From Candidatus Sungiibacteriota bacterium (GTDB taxonomy: Bacteria; Patescibacteriota; Minisyncoccia; Sungbacterales; HO2-52-23), in assembly GCA_016196115.1 (NCBI GenBank), contig JACPYI010000022.1, forward strand, positions 1 to 39,628: DNA of 39,628 bases, written 5' to 3'. Positions 36,728 to 39,628 of this stretch are shown piece after piece (position 1 is the stretch's first letter; every line of letters starts with the position of its first letter). A program made the position numbers and the translations under genes. The notes under the pieces are model-generated. The model was given only the letters and a program-made list of their open reading frames with translations. It had not been told where the DNA came from and ran no database searches.

Positions 36728-39000
36728 CCCCCCAGACCAAACACAAAAAAATCATCCTCTCCCTGCTCCTGATCGCGCTGGTCATCGCCGGGGTTTTGGG
36801 GCTGGGGCATGGAGTGTTTGCCGCACCAGATCCGCCAGCAGTACAACCGCCCACGACGGGACTTTCAATTCCACCAAACTCATCTTCGTCGATTCTTGGT
36901 GCAATTCTCTGGATTCTTTTGGCCATTCGAACCGTCCTCGCATGGCTCCTATCGTATGCTGGTACTGCTTTAGACGCAATGTTTGTAGCAAATGCCGAGC
37001 TTGTACCTTCTGGCAATTCAACTGTACAAACTGGATGGATTATATTGCGTGACCTCGTAAATGGAATGTTTATTTTAATCGTCCTCTGGATTGCACTTAC
37101 TATTATCCTCGGTATTGAACAATATGGCGGAAAAAAATTACTCGTAAAGGTGTTAGCAGTCGCAATTCTTATTAACTTCAGTTTAGCAATTGTTACTGCA
37201 ATCTTTGCGTTTTCCAATCAGGTTGCGCTCGTTTTTGCAAATAAAATCAGTGGCGGACCGGAAAAAAACGTCGCTGCACTCATTATCAATACAACAAAAG
37301 TATACAGTATTACCAATCAACTCGACGCAGAGGCGCGTGCTAAACTTGAACAAGCAAGAAAGGCATATATATGGTCTGGAAGTAGTTGTGCTTGGGGGGA
37401 TATATGGTGTGCTACCAAGAATATCGGTTCAGCCGCCGTCACCGCTGCAGGATCTGCTTTCAGCACGGTGGTAGGAGCCGAGAAGGCGAATTTTGATCAG
37501 GTAGTTGGTGCCGCCATTGGTATTATCTTTCTCTTGATTATAACATCGGCATTTGTCTATACAGCCGTTGCTCTTGGTATACGCTATGTTGCGGTAATAC
37601 TTGTCTCAATCTTTGCTCCTATCGCTTGTCTTGCACTTGTTTTACCACTTGCATCCGCAAAAAAAGCGTGGGATCAGTGGTCAGAAGCGGTTTTCAAATG
37701 GGCGTTCTTTGCCCCGGCGTTTTATTTCTTACTGTATCTGACGCTTCTTATGGCGGTAGCATTTGATAAGCAACTCAGTCAGGGATCACAGGGAACAACA
37801 GATATTAAAATAGATACGCCACGCATTTTGGCTCTTATGGTAGTTTTGATTATGCTCCATTTCACGGCAAAGTTTGCAAAAGACACATCTGGAAAAGCGG
37901 GTACAATTGTTATGGATACCCTCAAAAAAGGTGCGGGGTTGGCGGTGGGGGTTACGGCTGGGGTGGCGACCGGCGGGACGCTGATGGCGGCGCGTGGGTT
38001 GGCGCGTGGGATGGTGAAGCCGGGGACAAGGCGTGAAAAGTTTACGCGAGGACTGGCCCGATACGCGCCAGGCGGAAGAGCTATTCAACGGGCAGGTGTT
38101 CGATCATTGGAGCAGCAGAAGCAGGATATTGAGGATCGGAAGAAAAACTATGGAAGCTACTCCAACGATCAGATACAAGCTGATTTCCGCGGAACCAATA
38201 TTGATTACACCAGAGAAAATGCTGCCAGATTGGCCATGCTTGCCGAACGCAAGGATGGGTTTAAGGGCATGAACGAGGGCGAGATGAAGCGCGTACAGGC
38301 AGTTCTTTCGCATTACAATATGGGCAGTACGCTTGCCAAGACAAACCCAACCCTTGCAGATGAGAACTCGCTCTCTACCAAGGGACGGCAAGACCTAAAG
38401 GATAACGCCGGAAAGAATGCGATAAATCATAATAATGCCCTGGCGGCAGATCCAATCCGCTACACCGCAGAGAATATGCTATCCGGCGACATAGAAAAGG
38501 TAAACACCAGTGAGATCAAGGAAATGACGACGGACAGTGATAAGGCGAAAGAGGCAAAAGCAAAAGTGCGCGAGGGCTTTGCGCGCAATACCGCGTTTGG
38601 CACGAATCAACTCCGCGATCTTGCAGTCAAAGATATTGAGGCAGCCCAGCAACAGGTTAATCACATGAATAGCACCTATGTAGCACTCAATGCGGAGTTG
38701 GCTACCGAGATGGCAAAAGTCGAGGACCAGAGAGATCAGGCAATGATTGCGCGCACCAATCGCCGCATTGCACAGATAAAGGGAATCGCGGCATATGTCA
38801 ATAATAATCCGGGCGGCAGAATATTAGGACTTACATTAGAAACAGAAATGGCAGATGCCGCGGAACAAGAGCGCCAGCGAGGGCGCAGAGGAGGAAGAGC
38901 GGGTAATCCACAACCTCCAACACCAACTCCACCAACTACTCCCACGCCTACACCCCCCCCCGACAACGCCGTAAACCCTGCGGCGCAATGGACTCGTTAA
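36721..39000 (+). CDS. TrbL/VirB6-like polytopic membrane protein
   Basis: Signal peptide; GWIILRDLVN, AILINFSL, IRYVAVILVSIFAPIA, W..FKWAFFAP; Gly/Ala-rich segment; charged tail. Confidence 0.7.
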   Translation: MSTPQTKHKKIILSLLLIALVIAGVLGLGHGVFAAPDPPAVQPPTTGLSIPPNSSSSILGAILWILLAIRTVLAWLLSYAGTALDAMFVANAELVPSGNSTVQTGWIILRDLVNGMFILIVLWIALTIILGIEQYGGKKLLVKVLAVAILINFSLAIVTAIFAFSNQVALVFANKISGGPEKNVAALIINTTKVYSITNQLDAEARAKLEQARKAYIWSGSSCAWGDIWCATKNIGSAAVTAAGSAFSTVVGAEKANFDQVVGAAIGIIFLLIITSAFVYTAVALGIRYVAVILVSIFAPIACLALVLPLASAKKAWDQWSEAVFKWAFFAPAFYFLLYLTLLMAVAFDKQLSQGSQGTTDIKIDTPRILALMVVLIMLHFTAKFAKDTSGKAGTIVMDTLKKGAGLAVGVTAGVATGGTLMAARGLARGMVKPGTRREKFTRGLARYAPGGRAIQRAGVRSLEQQKQDIEDRKKNYGSYSNDQIQADFRGTNIDYTRENAARLAMLAERKDGFKGMNEGEMKRVQAVLSHYNMGSTLAKTNPTLADENSLSTKGRQDLKDNAGKNAINHNNALAADPIRYTAENMLSGDIEKVNTSEIKEMTTDSDKAKEAKAKVREGFARNTAFGTNQLRDLAVKDIEAAQQQVNHMNSTYVALNAELATEMAKVEDQRDQAMIARTNRRIAQIKGIAAYVNNNPGGRILGLTLETEMADAAEQERQRGRRGGRAGNPQPPTPTPPTTPTPTPPPDNAVNPAAQWTR
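36744..36819 (+). repeat. signal-peptide repeat R3 (inside the live gene)
   Basis: KKIILSLLLIALVIAGVLGLGHGVF. Confidence 0.9.
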
Positions 39001-39060
39001 TATACTTTCAATTACGAAACTCCCTTTGATATGGTATCATGCCAATAGCCATGCGTGTGA

Positions 39061-39628
39061 ATGATGAAGGAACACATGGCCATTCGTATGAAACCTACCC
39101 TCGCAGTGTATCATACCTTGAAGGAAAAAGTAACCTTTCTGTACCATAAGCCGAAACTGTTCATGCATGAGAATACCACTGGTCGAAAACTGTCATTGCC
39201 CATCATCGAGACCATTACCCTTGCCCTGTACAAACAGACCCAGCACATTCAAACCAAGAAAGCGATCCGGAATGACTTCCAGCCATCCTGTTCCTAATCA
39301 TGTCTGACCTTGCCGCATGGGGACACTCGGGAAAAGGGCATTACTACGGGCTGAAACTGCATCTCACGTCTGATCTGAATAGACAATTACTCGCCATTAG
39401 ATTCAGTCCCGCCAATACCCACGGCACCAAGGTATTCAGGAAGCTGAACGATGATCTGGACGGCATCTTTGTGGCTGATGGGGAGTATGTCTCCGAGAAG
39501 CTGGAACGGGAGTTCTATGTTGAACACAAACGAATCTTGTTTGCCCGACCCCGCAAGAACATGGGTAAACTCATCACCGCATTCCAGTATCATCTCTACA
39601 ATACCCGTATGCTCATTGAACCGAACTT
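39061..39628 (+). pseudogene. IS982-like DDE transposase remnant (runs off window)
   Basis: TGRKLSL..TITLALYK (39061-39297); from 39300 AAWGHSGKGHYYGLKLHL..FVADGEY..PRKNM..RMLIE; first catalytic-Asp region appears missing. Confidence 0.75.

Noticed and set aside
35336-36819. Repeats as a CRISPR array or DGR template/variable repeats
   Set aside because: The 76-bp coding repeats are separated by whole genes; there is no cas or RT gene; mismatches are not adenine-specific

Overview
This window looks like a Patescibacteria (CPR, probably Parcubacteria) chromosomal segment; the assignment is inferred from gene content, leaderless promoters and GNVGIGTT-repeat surface proteins. The housekeeping backbone comprises infC-rpmI-rplT, a Zn/Mn ABC permease and ATPase, a NUDIX hydrolase, PolX-PHP, an MFS half-transporter, an amino acid permease, a LOG-family protein, a beta-CASP nuclease, tRNA-Arg(CCG), an exonuclease-WYL fusion, pnp, a DksA/TraR-like protein, comM/yifB, a LysM-M23 peptidase, pcrA/uvrD and rsmA. 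There are two accessory zones. (i) 12.7-17.1 kb: an IS with perfect 19-bp inverted repeats joins two 5'-truncated genes (an LVIVD/S74 tail-fibre-like gene and an AbiEii nucleotidyltransferase), followed by an intact MNT gene and a dead HEPN gene. (ii) 35.0-36.8 kb, the best candidate for an undescribed system: two RNase toxin-like genes (NYN and PemK/MazF) with no adjacent protein antitoxin, plus a PemK relic. They are separated by three 76-bp copies of the signal-peptide start of a VirB6-like gene. Each intact gene is followed by a convergent sigma70 promoter pointing into hairpins whose GCAA/UUCG tetraloops read only on the antisense strand, suggesting RNA-antitoxin cassettes. All calls come from motif recognition by eye; no searches were run.
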